Virus record (IMG/VR): IMGVR_UViG_3300037189_014399
Location: 1 to 64,000 of that record
Reading direction: 5' to 3' (one strand)
DNA from: a virus
Length of the DNA stretch: 64,000 bases
Position numbers and translations under genes: made by a program. This document shows positions 44,258 through 54,399 of this stretch, piece after piece; the first letter of the stretch is position 1, and the number at the start of each line of letters is the position of its first letter. The notes below the pieces were generated by a model. That model worked only from the letters and a program-made list of their open reading frames with translations. It did not search any database and was not told where the DNA came from.

Positions 44258-47200
44258 CTACTGTTCTAGAAGCGTCCTATCAATGTAGAACGTATTCGGG
44301 GTAGATGGGGTGTCAGGCGTAAAGGATACCGTCATATCAGCGTAGCTTGTCTGTAGACCGTACACCTCAGGCTGACGGGTAATAACACGTAGATAGTACC
44401 AAATGTTTGGCTGGGTGATGTGGATCGTTTCAGTCTTAGTTAATACCAAAGTCTGAGTAATCGTATAGAACTTGACAGTCAGGGTGTAGGTGCCGTACCC
44501 TGTTGCATCTGGGGCCTTAAGCACCACAGATCCAACTACTCCTCGGTTTGTATAAAGCTCACCCAAACTTGACGTTAGACCAAACGTTCCTGTACCCTGT
44601 ACAACGCAGTATGCCTGTCCGTGGCTACAAAGATCATTAAATAACGATCCCTTAGATACAGTTCTGTAAAGCTTTGCAGCATTGTTCGGTGTCCAACCTA
44701 CCAAGCTCTTTTCAAATGATGGTGACTTAATAAGATTGTTAATGCCGTACTCGGTATATACATCTAGGCTTGCAGCGTTACCACGGTTAAATGCCCAGCT
44801 AGAACCAAGAGGCATGTGATCTTTTACGTTCTCTCCTAAACGGAATTGTTTTAAAGAGAGGTTGTTCCAGTTGTTACTGACACCACCGTGCACGCTAGGT
44901 TCTCTTGTTGCATAATAGAACTTACCTTGTGATCCTAAGCTAGGAACTGTAAAGGTAGTTGCATCCTGTGGGTTAATAAACTTAGAAGTAAACTTTCCAA
45001 ACTCTACCTGTACACCGTCAACATAGAAGGTTGATACAGTACTCGAGATGGATAAAGTAAAGGTTGTCTCTCCAGCCCATGGAATTCTTTGTAGGGACAT
45101 GCGTGTCCAAGTGTTTGCATTGTTAGCATCAATACTAATTGTTGCTGTATCTACGTGATCTCCTGAGGTTGCTTTAAGGGTGTAGTCTCCAGCAGCTCCA
45201 TATATATAAGCAGAGCAAACGTAATCTTCACTTTGTGATCCCTCATCAAGCGCAGCATATGGGGCGTACACAGTTGTATTTAAGAATGCTGTAGCACCTG
45301 TTTTAACTACCTTACCTGAATGGGTTCCAAATTTTGCCTGCTCATTAGAGCGGGTTAAGGTACATCCAGTGGTTGACCAGTCATTAGTGTTAGTAATAAA
45401 TGATGGGTTATTAATATAATTAAATCTATTACGGGTTTCCCATACACACTCATCAGGATTAAAGTAATGCTCGTGTACTGGATCCATCAACATAGGAGAT
45501 CCAGAACCACTGAAGGTTTCAATTACTGCAGGATCTTCATAGGTTGCTTTAGGGGTATTAGTTAAAATTGCATTGTTAATATAAAACGTATCTCCAGCAG
45601 TAGCCCCCACAATATAGATAGATGCCTTAGCTAATGGCTGTGGGGAGTCAACAGTTTTTTCTGGTGAGAGTAGGGTGACAGAGATAGGGGACGCTGTAGA
45701 AGTTAGGGCTACCGGATCGCTATCAATTAACTGGTTAGCATTAAGATAGTAAGGAACGCCATTTACATCTAACTGTAGTTGGTTCTGATCGGTGTCGTTT
45801 TGAGGAGAAGAGTATTCTAATCTTACCTTTGCAGAAATGTTTTGTGCAGAAGCAACGTCTACCTGGAAAGTATATGTCTTTGATGCATCGGCAGCAACCC
45901 ACTCTGTGATCACTCCAAAGTCCCCATTTGCAGCAGCGGTTACTTTTAAAGCTGTTGTATTAAAATAACTATAGAAGCTAACCACACCATCAACCTTGGT
46001 TGATAGGGGGGATGTCAATGTAAGGATTGCACTTTGATTGCTGTTTTGAAGATCAAAGCTATCAATAGTATGTGCAGTCCCATTAATGTATACGGTTGTA
46101 AACCCTGAGATATCAATGTAGTTAATAGGAGCGTAACCACTATACTGATTATTAAGAAGGAGTTGAGTAGAGCCAGATTCTCCATACCCATAGGTATCTA
46201 CTTCAATGTCTTTTCTTAAGATGCCCTGTATAGGGTTGTGATCTTGTTCAAGAATTGCGTTGTAAGCAACCCACCCAGCAATTCCATCTTCAAATGTAGG
46301 GTTAGGTACGTTGTTGTTTTGTTCACCCTCAATAACGATAGTAGATCTTCTAGGGTCTTGATACTCAAGTGATATAGCTTCACCTTCAGTAACTTGACAC
46401 ATATCAAAAAGAATACGATCATTTGTACTTTGAGGTATTACTGTTAAAGTAAATAAAACGTAGCTTGCTCCAATTGGAACTTCAGCACCTCGTCTACTTA
46501 CCCCACCAGAAGTAAATTCAGTCCAAGAAGTTGTAGTTGTGTGCACATCGGAGGTGCTGTCATTTCCTAAGTGAGTACCTGTTTTATCATAAAAACTTGT
46601 AGTAACAGCAATAGTTGCTGGGCTATCTAAGTGTTTAATCCAGCCACTAAATAGCATGTATTCATACTTCTCTACCGGAATACCGTACTTAAGAGCATTA
46701 AGCTTTGTTGCAGGTGCTTGATCGTTAGGGTAGGTAGGCAAGGTTAGAACAGCTGATGCTTCGGTTACTGTAAGTAATCCGTAGCCTTTTGTTCTAGGTG
46801 GATAGTCAATATCAACAAAGTTTGGAACTGGTGCAGTCTGCTGGGTTCCAACATCCGTAGATGAAGTAGAGTACTGTTTACTTACAAAAGTACCACCCGT
46901 TACTGTCCAGTGTCCTACGTTCTCTTCAAATGAAGCGTCATTGTAATCAAGCATTCTATTAATGCCTGGTTTAATAACGGTATCCCAGTGAGTTAAAGCA
47001 GTGGTTAGTGACTGGATCTGAACTCCGGTTCCCTTTTCTCCAAGGGAACGAAGAGCTCCCTTATATAAAGAGCGGTGATATAGATCACCTAGAGATGGCT
47101 CATAGGTAAAACCAAAGTCAATAATCTGTTGGGTCAAGATCTTTGTTGGGATGTAACGACTTTGACTAACGTTTTCAATAAGTCCTGCCTCAGCTCTAAA

Positions 47201-47713
47201 CTTATCGTATTGAAAAGCAAAAGCAGATAGAATGCTATTTAAGAATCCTGTTTCAGGTTCTCCGGTCGCATCTCCATATCCGTCATATTCATTTAACCAA
47301 GCAGAAGGTAACCACTTCTCAATTTTAGTCAGTGTGTCCGTATCGCCAACAAGCGTGTCATATCCGGCCCCACAAAGAATCCAATCGCGTCCATTGAACA
47401 CCCATAAAGAATAGTGAACTTCAAACCCGTAGTTAATATCAACATCATAGTAAGAGCTTTTAAAATTATTAAAGGTTCCACCATCTAGAATAATTCCATC
47501 GTCTGGTCTATCTGGAATTCCTGAATAGCTTTTAATTAACTTCCAGTGTGTAATAGTTCTATCTTGTGGGTCTCCTGTAACCGCTTTCCACTTAATAACA
47601 ACGCGACCATAGTCGTAGGACCACACCGTAAGGTCAGCGTTATAGAAGGCACCTACGTTGAGAATCTCACCGTATTTTTCTGTGCCGTACAGAAAGAGAT
47701 TATACTTTGCCAT
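44258..47713 (-). CDS. baseplate wedge / tail protein with repeated carbohydrate-binding-like modules
   Basis: P2 gpI-like segment then repeated N(P)SFE...W modules; follows baseplate J. Confidence 0.75.
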   Translation of the reverse strand: MAKYNLFLYGTEKYGEILNVGAFYNADLTVWSYDYGRVVIKWKAVTGDPQDRTITHWKLIKSYSGIPDRPDDGIILDGGTFNNFKSSYYDVDINYGFEVHYSLWVFNGRDWILCGAGYDTLVGDTDTLTKIEKWLPSAWLNEYDGYGDATGEPETGFLNSILSAFAFQYDKFRAEAGLIENVSQSRYIPTKILTQQIIDFGFTYEPSLGDLYHRSLYKGALRSLGEKGTGVQIQSLTTALTHWDTVIKPGINRMLDYNDASFEENVGHWTVTGGTFVSKQYSTSSTDVGTQQTAPVPNFVDIDYPPRTKGYGLLTVTEASAVLTLPTYPNDQAPATKLNALKYGIPVEKYEYMLFSGWIKHLDSPATIAVTTSFYDKTGTHLGNDSTSDVHTTTTSWTEFTSGGVSRRGAEVPIGASYVLFTLTVIPQSTNDRILFDMCQVTEGEAISLEYQDPRRSTIVIEGEQNNNVPNPTFEDGIAGWVAYNAILEQDHNPIQGILRKDIEVDTYGYGESGSTQLLLNNQYSGYAPINYIDISGFTTVYINGTAHTIDSFDLQNSNQSAILTLTSPLSTKVDGVVSFYSYFNTTALKVTAAANGDFGVITEWVAADASKTYTFQVDVASAQNISAKVRLEYSSPQNDTDQNQLQLDVNGVPYYLNANQLIDSDPVALTSTASPISVTLLSPEKTVDSPQPLAKASIYIVGATAGDTFYINNAILTNTPKATYEDPAVIETFSGSGSPMLMDPVHEHYFNPDECVWETRNRFNYINNPSFITNTNDWSTTGCTLTRSNEQAKFGTHSGKVVKTGATAFLNTTVYAPYAALDEGSQSEDYVCSAYIYGAAGDYTLKATSGDHVDTATISIDANNANTWTRMSLQRIPWAGETTFTLSISSTVSTFYVDGVQVEFGKFTSKFINPQDATTFTVPSLGSQGKFYYATREPSVHGGVSNNWNNLSLKQFRLGENVKDHMPLGSSWAFNRGNAASLDVYTEYGINNLIKSPSFEKSLVGWTPNNAAKLYRTVSKGSLFNDLCSHGQAYCVVQGTGTFGLTSSLGELYTNRGVVGSVVLKAPDATGYGTYTLTVKFYTITQTLVLTKTETIHITQPNIWYYLRVITRQPEVYGLQTSYADMTVSFTPDTPSTPNTFYIDRTLLEQ

Positions 47714-47721
47714 TTAATTAA

Positions 47722-48276
47722 TTACATTCCCGCCAGCATGAATGGATCAAATGGATTGGCGTTTGCTGCTGCAGTCAAAGTTGCAATTGCAGCTGTAAGG
47801 GCGTTGTACTCAGTACTGTTCACATAGACAACGTTGTTAGGTCCTACTTTAGGATTGCCGGCACCATCTACTGCAAAGCCCAATGTATTTGTATAATCAT
47901 AGGTTTCAAGTAAGTTGGTTCCATTAGTAGCAAGAATGTTCTTTGCCTTAATAGCAACTGAGTTAGCTACCGTTACTGTATCGCCTGACTTCTTAAAGTA
48001 TGGGCTGTTACCGGTAGTAACACCATTAACAAGGCCTGCCTCAATATTGTTAATGCGATCAGATAGAGATGGCCAAGCCGTTCCACGCTGTACGAATGAT
48101 CCAGACCAGTTAGAGGTAAGCATGCCAGCCTGAGGACTACTGGTTCCATTGAGGTAGTACTCAATGTTATAGACCTCAGTCTGAAGAGAGTTAACGTCGT
48201 CAGCGTTTACTGTGTCCTGAAGGTTTACCTTAGGAACGAAGGTGCGTACGTTAATCGGAAAGTATTGTGATGGCAT
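47722..48276 (-). CDS. baseplate/tail structural protein
   Basis: VNADDVNSLQTEV motif; position in baseplate operon. Confidence 0.6.
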   Translation of the reverse strand: MPSQYFPINVRTFVPKVNLQDTVNADDVNSLQTEVYNIEYYLNGTSSPQAGMLTSNWSGSFVQRGTAWPSLSDRINNIEAGLVNGVTTGNSPYFKKSGDTVTVANSVAIKAKNILATNGTNLLETYDYTNTLGFAVDGAGNPKVGPNNVVYVNSTEYNALTAAIATLTAAANANPFDPFMLAGM

Positions 48277-48289
48277 TTATTCCTCTTTC

Positions 48290-49825
48290 TTAGCTGTGCC
48301 CACCGGTTGGATTGATAGTTAGTGCGCTCGCAGTCATGTAAGGTACTTGATCTGGATTTAAAGTAAGTGTAGCTAAACCACCGGCATTGTCGGCATTTAA
48401 CGCAGTAAGATCTACAGAGAGCACACCTTCAATAGATGAGATAGCAGTAATAACTGAAGAGATAGTTACAATTCTTTGGAAAGTATTGTTGTCATAGGAG
48501 AATAGTCCTGTTGCACTTAACAACGCTTTCTTAATGTTAATTACAACAGTAGATTGTTTATAGGCGCCATCAATAAGAATATTTGCTGTGGCGTAAATAG
48601 GAACATAGGTAGGAGGAGATACGGTAACAGTTGTTCCAATTAAAGATGGAGCTGTAAGAGCGGTCGTAACAGCAAGGGAGATATCATTCCAAGCGCCAGT
48701 AGCAATACCTGAAACAATACCTGGAGTATATGTTCCATCATCTTGTGGTTGAACGTATACAGTAACTGAAGTCCAGCTGCCAGCTACGGCATTTGCCTTA
48801 CCCACACCAGGAACTTGCTTAGCAAGGTTTACATAGTCATCAAGGGTTACAGCTCTGTTTCGTGTGTTTACAGATGCTTTAATCTTGCTACGAAGTTTAG
48901 TAAGATCGTCTGCATCTGCACCACCAAAAGCAGCGTATGAGTTTGTTACAGACAAGGAACCTACAGCTGCTGGGTCTGGGTTTCCTGGAATAAAGGTAAC
49001 TTCAGAGATAGAACCAGCAGTAATATTTCCAGATATACCTGAGCTTGTTTTATAGACAGCACCAACTAGCTGTCCGGTTGGTGGGATTAAACCATTTGTT
49101 CCATCACCAAATATAACGTTAGTGGATCCATCATCGTTTAACTTTGTAGTAAACACGTGATCTTGTGGGCCGTATTCAATTAAAGAAGATACATATTGCC
49201 ATGGAGCAAAAGCAACGCCTTGACCAATATAGACCTTTAAAGATCCGGTTACAAGATTCGTATCAAAGATATAAAAAGATTGGTTAGATGAACCGTCAGT
49301 TGTTCCAAGGCTAATTGGAATTGGTAGGTGATAGGTAGGATCAATAAGGTCAGGTCGATCCGTATTAACTGTCTTGCCTTCTACCGCGGTAACGGACTGA
49401 GTATCTCCAGCAGCAAGCTGGCTTAATAACTGTGTTGTCTCAAAGAATACTTCACGGTATGGACCATATACAAGGGGAGCCATAACCTGTGTTCCAATAG
49501 GAAGGTCTATAGGAGAGGTACCGTTATTAGTAAAAGCCACTGTAACGGCTGCTGGCTTTGGGCCAGATGGGTTATATCCGTATAGCTCAGCAAAGTTAAG
49601 AAGGGTTGTGGTTTTTACAGCGGTACTGATTGCCGTCTCATTTGCTGCTCTATCAATGTAGTAGTTAACGACATCGCCCATATAGGCAAACGCCTCTACA
49701 AGAACATTACCCAGATCATTGTAATCTGTAGGGTCCCAGTTAAGGCCTGTTCGTGCATTGATCAGCTTAATCAGATCCGTTTTAAGGGAGTTAAAGTCCC
49801 TAGAGGTGTAATCTATTTGCATCAT
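48290..49825 (-). CDS. baseplate J-like wedge protein
   Basis: DYTSRDFNSL, FGDG, GGAD, RAVTLDDY. Confidence 0.92.
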   Translation of the reverse strand: MMQIDYTSRDFNSLKTDLIKLINARTGLNWDPTDYNDLGNVLVEAFAYMGDVVNYYIDRAANETAISTAVKTTTLLNFAELYGYNPSGPKPAAVTVAFTNNGTSPIDLPIGTQVMAPLVYGPYREVFFETTQLLSQLAAGDTQSVTAVEGKTVNTDRPDLIDPTYHLPIPISLGTTDGSSNQSFYIFDTNLVTGSLKVYIGQGVAFAPWQYVSSLIEYGPQDHVFTTKLNDDGSTNVIFGDGTNGLIPPTGQLVGAVYKTSSGISGNITAGSISEVTFIPGNPDPAAVGSLSVTNSYAAFGGADADDLTKLRSKIKASVNTRNRAVTLDDYVNLAKQVPGVGKANAVAGSWTSVTVYVQPQDDGTYTPGIVSGIATGAWNDISLAVTTALTAPSLIGTTVTVSPPTYVPIYATANILIDGAYKQSTVVINIKKALLSATGLFSYDNNTFQRIVTISSVITAISSIEGVLSVDLTALNADNAGGLATLTLNPDQVPYMTASALTINPTGGHS

Positions 49826-50215
49826 TTACTCCGCTGTAATAGTTCCGTTAGCTCTAAACACTGCTGTTCTAATTACGGTCTGCACCACAGTTCCATTAGG
49901 AATTTGTATAGAAACGTCTAGTGTGGCTTTTCCATCCCTATCAAAGATAGCTGAGGATACCCGGATTAATTTTACATCAGGCATCCACCGTTTAACGGCT
50001 GTATTTACAGCAGCTTCTACGGACTGTTGAATACGGCCTTCGTTTTCAAATAAGGCAGTACCAAAGTCAGTCCCATACTCTGGATACATTGGACGTTGAC
50101 CAATATGTGTAGATAGTAAAGTTACCAAGCGATCAAGGTAAATTGAACCTAGATCTTCAGTAGCAGAGATAACCCCATACTTATCTAGTGTCAGTGGGTA
50201 CTTTATAGATTTCAT
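49826..50215 (-). CDS. gp25/GPW-like baseplate protein
   Basis: LLSTHIGQRPMYPEYG...RWMP. Confidence 0.88.
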   Translation of the reverse strand: MKSIKYPLTLDKYGVISATEDLGSIYLDRLVTLLSTHIGQRPMYPEYGTDFGTALFENEGRIQQSVEAAVNTAVKRWMPDVKLIRVSSAIFDRDGKATLDVSIQIPNGTVVQTVIRTAVFRANGTITAE

Positions 50216-50823
50216 TGAACTCCAATCCATACTGGGTATTCAGGATCTCCAGCTATAAACATGATCCAAACCATTTGTCCCTCCACAGGAACCAACCTAT
50301 GAAAGGTATGCTCTGGAGTAGTTACGCCAGCTGTAGTTGTAGTTCCTGGTGCGGTAACTCCATTTTTATAAATACTTTCCTCAGCAGAATCCGTTGTAGA
50401 AGTAGTACTGGAAGTTAAAGCTCTTATCTTTCCCTTTGTTTCAACCATAGACTTAGTTGTTGTGTGAGCATGGTTAAGCTGCTTTGTAGCGTCCTTAGCA
50501 ACAACTGTTAAAGCTGGAATAGTAACTTGATGTGTGTGGGTTCCCACGGGGTAGGATGGTCCATTTCCAGATGTAACCGTTTTAGCTTCGGTAGTAAGAA
50601 GGGCCGCAACTTGAGCTGCGGTGTGGGGTAGGTGGTCGGGATGGTAAGACTCTGAAGTAATGGGCAGTACAGCTCTAGCCCAACCGGTTATAGCTTCACC
50701 TGTTGGTTGAAATACTTGAACTTGAATTCTATTTTTCTTTAATGGGTCTCTAATACTAATGACCTTAGCTTCATATATTCCGTAAAATCTAAGGCGACCA
50801 ATGTCATCCATTCCGTAATTCAT
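50212..50823 (-). CDS. baseplate spike (gpV/Vgr OB-fold) with internal His-rich insertion
   Basis: YGIYEAKV...DPLKKNRIQV...WA at N-terminus; PxxGQMVWIMFIAGDPEYPVWIG at C-terminus. Confidence 0.8.
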   Translation of the reverse strand: MNYGMDDIGRLRFYGIYEAKVISIRDPLKKNRIQVQVFQPTGEAITGWARAVLPITSESYHPDHLPHTAAQVAALLTTEAKTVTSGNGPSYPVGTHTHQVTIPALTVVAKDATKQLNHAHTTTKSMVETKGKIRALTSSTTSTTDSAEESIYKNGVTAPGTTTTAGVTTPEHTFHRLVPVEGQMVWIMFIAGDPEYPVWIGVQ

Positions 50824-51440
50824 TAGATTATTTTACTACCCTTCGTTGCAACCCAGCTCGTAGTTCTAGGGGCTACCTGGTAATTGGGGATAGTTGAATC
50901 ATGGCTGTAGGGATTGGTTGATCCAGGAACAAAGCTAACTGGTTTAACTACCTTAGGAGATGCAGTTAACTTAGGAACAGGAATGCTATTTTGATTTGGG
51001 GCAACTGCATATGAGGTTAGAGCAGAGCTTGAAGAGCTAAGATCCTTGCCTGCTAACTCATTGTTAACGTTTCTAGTTTCGGATGCAGATGCTGCATTGG
51101 GATTTACATCACCAAGCAGATCACAACCCAGCTCTAGCTCCATCATGTATGGGGCTTCTGTTCCACCGAATATGTGACGGATAGATAAGACCGTCCAGTA
51201 CCCAGATAAGTTATTAGGTACCCCATCAATGTAGACAGGATCATATGGACGAAGGTTTGAATTACCCACAACGTAAGCTCTAGCTCGGTATGCGTATCGA
51301 TCTGTGTCCGCAATATCGCTAGCAATATACTTAGCTTCAGTTAAAGAGGTAGCTACTTCATAGACATTATGCTTTTTAAACTTAGCTTTAGGTTTATTAG
51401 ACTTGCCTACATTTGAGAACCGAGGTGTATTAGATGCCAT
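50823..51440 (-). CDS. baseplate hub, C-terminal part (gpD-like)
   Basis: GNSNLRP...IDGV...SGYWTVLSIRH. Confidence 0.75.
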   Translation of the reverse strand: MASNTPRFSNVGKSNKPKAKFKKHNVYEVATSLTEAKYIASDIADTDRYAYRARAYVVGNSNLRPYDPVYIDGVPNNLSGYWTVLSIRHIFGGTEAPYMMELELGCDLLGDVNPNAASASETRNVNNELAGKDLSSSSSALTSYAVAPNQNSIPVPKLTASPKVVKPVSFVPGSTNPYSHDSTIPNYQVAPRTTSWVATKGSKII

Positions 51441-52281
51441 ATAAGAAGTAATCCTCACTAGGTATTACAGATCCGTTAACAGAGATAGTGTGGTCTTTGG
51501 TCTGATGTGTGGTAGCAATTACATCTCCTGTATTTACAGAGAAGCCGCTTACAACACGATCAACAATAACTGCTCTATCTGGACTTTCATCTGAAAGCTC
51601 AGGCTTAAACATAAAGCAGGTTCCATACATACGTTGAGCTTTTGTTACCCCATCGTTATATTTAAAATAGGGTGCAGATGCTTTCTTGTCACCGTAGATC
51701 TTATTCTTTGATAAGAAATAAATAGTTGTGTTTTCTGCCCTTAAAGCAAAACCACACTGCTTTGCAAGACGTTGAAGCATTTGCCAATCACTCTGTCCTG
51801 CTTGAACTACCTGCTCACGAATTCGTGGATGACGTTCAGTAATAGTATTTAGTCCATGCTTCTTGCAAATCTTAGCAACAACAGAATCAGCTGTAGCATT
51901 CTTATAGATTTGCTGATCTGTATTCTTAAGAACGTATGAGGCAGCTACGCAAGTAATGGTTGTATTGTTAGTTGATGTTCCCGTTTCAGGATCAAGGTCG
52001 TATACGTAGCCATTAAAGGATGATTCGTTTGGTCCGGTGCTCCAAGTAAACACAACAGGATCCCCAGATACAATTCGTGTTGAATCTAAAAAGGGTTTAC
52101 CCTTAAACTGCAGGACCAATACGTCGTGAGAGTTTACAGTCTGAAATAGTTCAGCACCAATAAGTATTAGTTCAATAGCAGGTGTGTTTGGAAACTTTAC
52201 TCCAAACTGAGAGGAGCGGGCAGCACCTTCCCATACAAAGTCATGTTGAGCACCCCTAGAATTAAAGACTTCATTAGACAT
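51430..52281 (-). CDS. baseplate hub, N-terminal part (gpD-like)
   Basis: QAGQSDWQMLQRLAKQCGF. Confidence 0.8.
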   Translation of the reverse strand: MSNEVFNSRGAQHDFVWEGAARSSQFGVKFPNTPAIELILIGAELFQTVNSHDVLVLQFKGKPFLDSTRIVSGDPVVFTWSTGPNESSFNGYVYDLDPETGTSTNNTTITCVAASYVLKNTDQQIYKNATADSVVAKICKKHGLNTITERHPRIREQVVQAGQSDWQMLQRLAKQCGFALRAENTTIYFLSKNKIYGDKKASAPYFKYNDGVTKAQRMYGTCFMFKPELSDESPDRAVIVDRVVSGFSVNTGDVIATTHQTKDHTISVNGSVIPSEDYFLYGI

Positions 52282-52564
52282 GAGGGATCCTTATGATGGT
52301 TCCAGGTTCAATAGAAAATGGATCTGTGATCTCTGGATTTAAATCCATGATCTTCCACCAGTACTCAGAGGTATATAAGATTCCAGAGTTGTAAGCAAGG
52401 TTAGCTAAGCTATCTCCTTCTTCCCAGGAATGGTCTACGTACCTTGCGGTTTGAGACTCAGGAAACTTTCTAAACACAGCAATGTTATAGATGCCTGCTT
52501 CTGTCTTTGCAGGAAGCTGAGCAATTGGTCCATCGTAATATCTAGACAATCTACTTATACTCAT
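52274..52564 (-). CDS. LysM / tail X baseplate protein
   Basis: GDSLANLA...WWKIMDLNP...PGTIIRIP. Confidence 0.85.
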   Translation of the reverse strand: MSISRLSRYYDGPIAQLPAKTEAGIYNIAVFRKFPESQTARYVDHSWEEGDSLANLAYNSGILYTSEYWWKIMDLNPEITDPFSIEPGTIIRIPHV

Positions 52565-54399
52565 TTAGTACCCAATCCACCAGTAACGGTCTTTCTAACG
52601 GTTGCAGTAGAGTTTTGGAATACTGCCTCAATAGCAGGATCGATATCTCCAAACGCTGGGATTCTAGTCATAGAGACATCAACAGTAGATAGCATAGGAA
52701 CCATGTCTTCTGTAAACAGAACATGGTTTACTTGAATAGAGTTTAAAGATACTTTGTACCTTAGGTTATCGTGGAACTTTATCCAGAATGGAATACCAGT
52801 TACGTAACCAAAATCAGAGCTCTTTGCCCCAACAGATCCTTGAAGCAATCCTTGAGAGGCGTCTTCAGGGTTACCATTTACAATTCTGTAAAAGAATTCA
52901 AGGTCGTATTCAGTTCCTCGGCTTAATATGCCTGCAATCTCTTTAGGTCCTAATGCTCTTGGATAGTTAATGCTGTATGCGGACTGACCAACAGCCTTAC
53001 GCAACTCAGTCATGTCTGCAATTCTATTTAGATACAAAGTGCAGGAGACAGCTGTGTTACCACCAAGTACGTTAGCTGGATCTGCGTTTCCTAATGTCCA
53101 GTCAATTGAAGTATTACTTTGTGTAGTGTAGGCAAGAGTTGTAGGGTTATAGTTAAAGTGAAACCTTAATTTACCTGTAGAGTTTTGAGTCTCTGCAGAT
53201 TGCTTATCTTGATAGCAATAACCTAGGTTGTTTGTAAACCCAGGGGTTTCAAAATCAAGACCACGACCACCATTCTCTACTCCTATACCGGACATCTGAC
53301 GTTTCATGTATGGAATATCACGAGTGTAGAAATGGTTAGGGGGATTCTCTTGAGGTTCAGTGGTGTCATAGGGAGCAGCTTTGCCTGGGTCGTTACCGCC
53401 GCCACCATTACCACCGCCGTTACCATTATTTGTTGTAGCAAGGCAATTTGTTTTAGATTGAATAACTTTCTTTGCTGCTACGTATCGACCATCTTTTTGA
53501 TCAGGAAGAATATTAGGACGACCTTCAGAGTCAGTTCCGCCAACTGCTATAGCATTAATATCATAGGTAGGTGTAAGTGAAGTCTTTTTATTTCCGTGCT
53601 CATCGTAAACATTGATTGTTCCTTTGTAACGATTTTTAAGAGCAGAAGAACCCACATTAGAAATGGTTTGTTGAATACCTACTTCAAGTACATACCAAAG
53701 GCCATCACAAGGACAAAGCCCACCATATCCACCAACTGTAACGGCATTGCTAACCTCGCTAGGTATTTGAGTTGCATTTCCCTTACCGGCTGTAAATGTA
53801 ACAGCTAAAGGTTTCTTTCTATACTTAGATGCCGGCACTTCATAATCACTGGCAGAAGTATTAAGTGTTGAATTTTTTGTTAAAGTAACTCGTACAGGGG
53901 GTACACCAATTGATCCTGTTTTTCCTGCAATTGGATACGCATAAAGATAAAACGCATCTCCAGAGAAATATGCATGACGATAGCCTGCAGATACAAACTT
54001 TGGTGGCTCTTGGTTTAAAGAAAAATTACTTGATCCACCATGTACGTTTTGAATGCCTGTAATTCTTGCAACCTTATTGTTGCTGTCAGCCCAAGTACGA
54101 AGAGTGTAGCCGGTGTCAAAACCTATTTTTACACCATCGCTGTTTACTAAAGAAGCGGATCCATTAGATCCTTCTTTCCAAACACGGATTACGTAACAAA
54201 TTAATTGTTCATTTGAAACTGTTCCATTAGTTAATGGAATAAACCCGCCCCTAGTTCCAAAATAATTCCATACAAGATTCTTTGTAGTGCTGCAGATATC
54301 ATCTGAGCTTGCAACAATTGATCGTTCTTCTGGTTGAGATGTAACAATGAGTGCCGATACAAAAGCCTCTACTGTATAGTAGACATCTGTTGTTGCCAT
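52561..54399 (-). CDS. tail tube initiator-like protein with N-terminal extension
   Basis: FHFNYNPTTL and VPMLSTVDVSM in C-half; follows tape measure. Confidence 0.6.
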   Translation of the reverse strand: MATTDVYYTVEAFVSALIVTSQPEERSIVASSDDICSTTKNLVWNYFGTRGGFIPLTNGTVSNEQLICYVIRVWKEGSNGSASLVNSDGVKIGFDTGYTLRTWADSNNKVARITGIQNVHGGSSNFSLNQEPPKFVSAGYRHAYFSGDAFYLYAYPIAGKTGSIGVPPVRVTLTKNSTLNTSASDYEVPASKYRKKPLAVTFTAGKGNATQIPSEVSNAVTVGGYGGLCPCDGLWYVLEVGIQQTISNVGSSALKNRYKGTINVYDEHGNKKTSLTPTYDINAIAVGGTDSEGRPNILPDQKDGRYVAAKKVIQSKTNCLATTNNGNGGGNGGGGNDPGKAAPYDTTEPQENPPNHFYTRDIPYMKRQMSGIGVENGGRGLDFETPGFTNNLGYCYQDKQSAETQNSTGKLRFHFNYNPTTLAYTTQSNTSIDWTLGNADPANVLGGNTAVSCTLYLNRIADMTELRKAVGQSAYSINYPRALGPKEIAGILSRGTEYDLEFFYRIVNGNPEDASQGLLQGSVGAKSSDFGYVTGIPFWIKFHDNLRYKVSLNSIQVNHVLFTEDMVPMLSTVDVSMTRIPAFGDIDPAIEAVFQNSTATVRKTVTGGLGTK

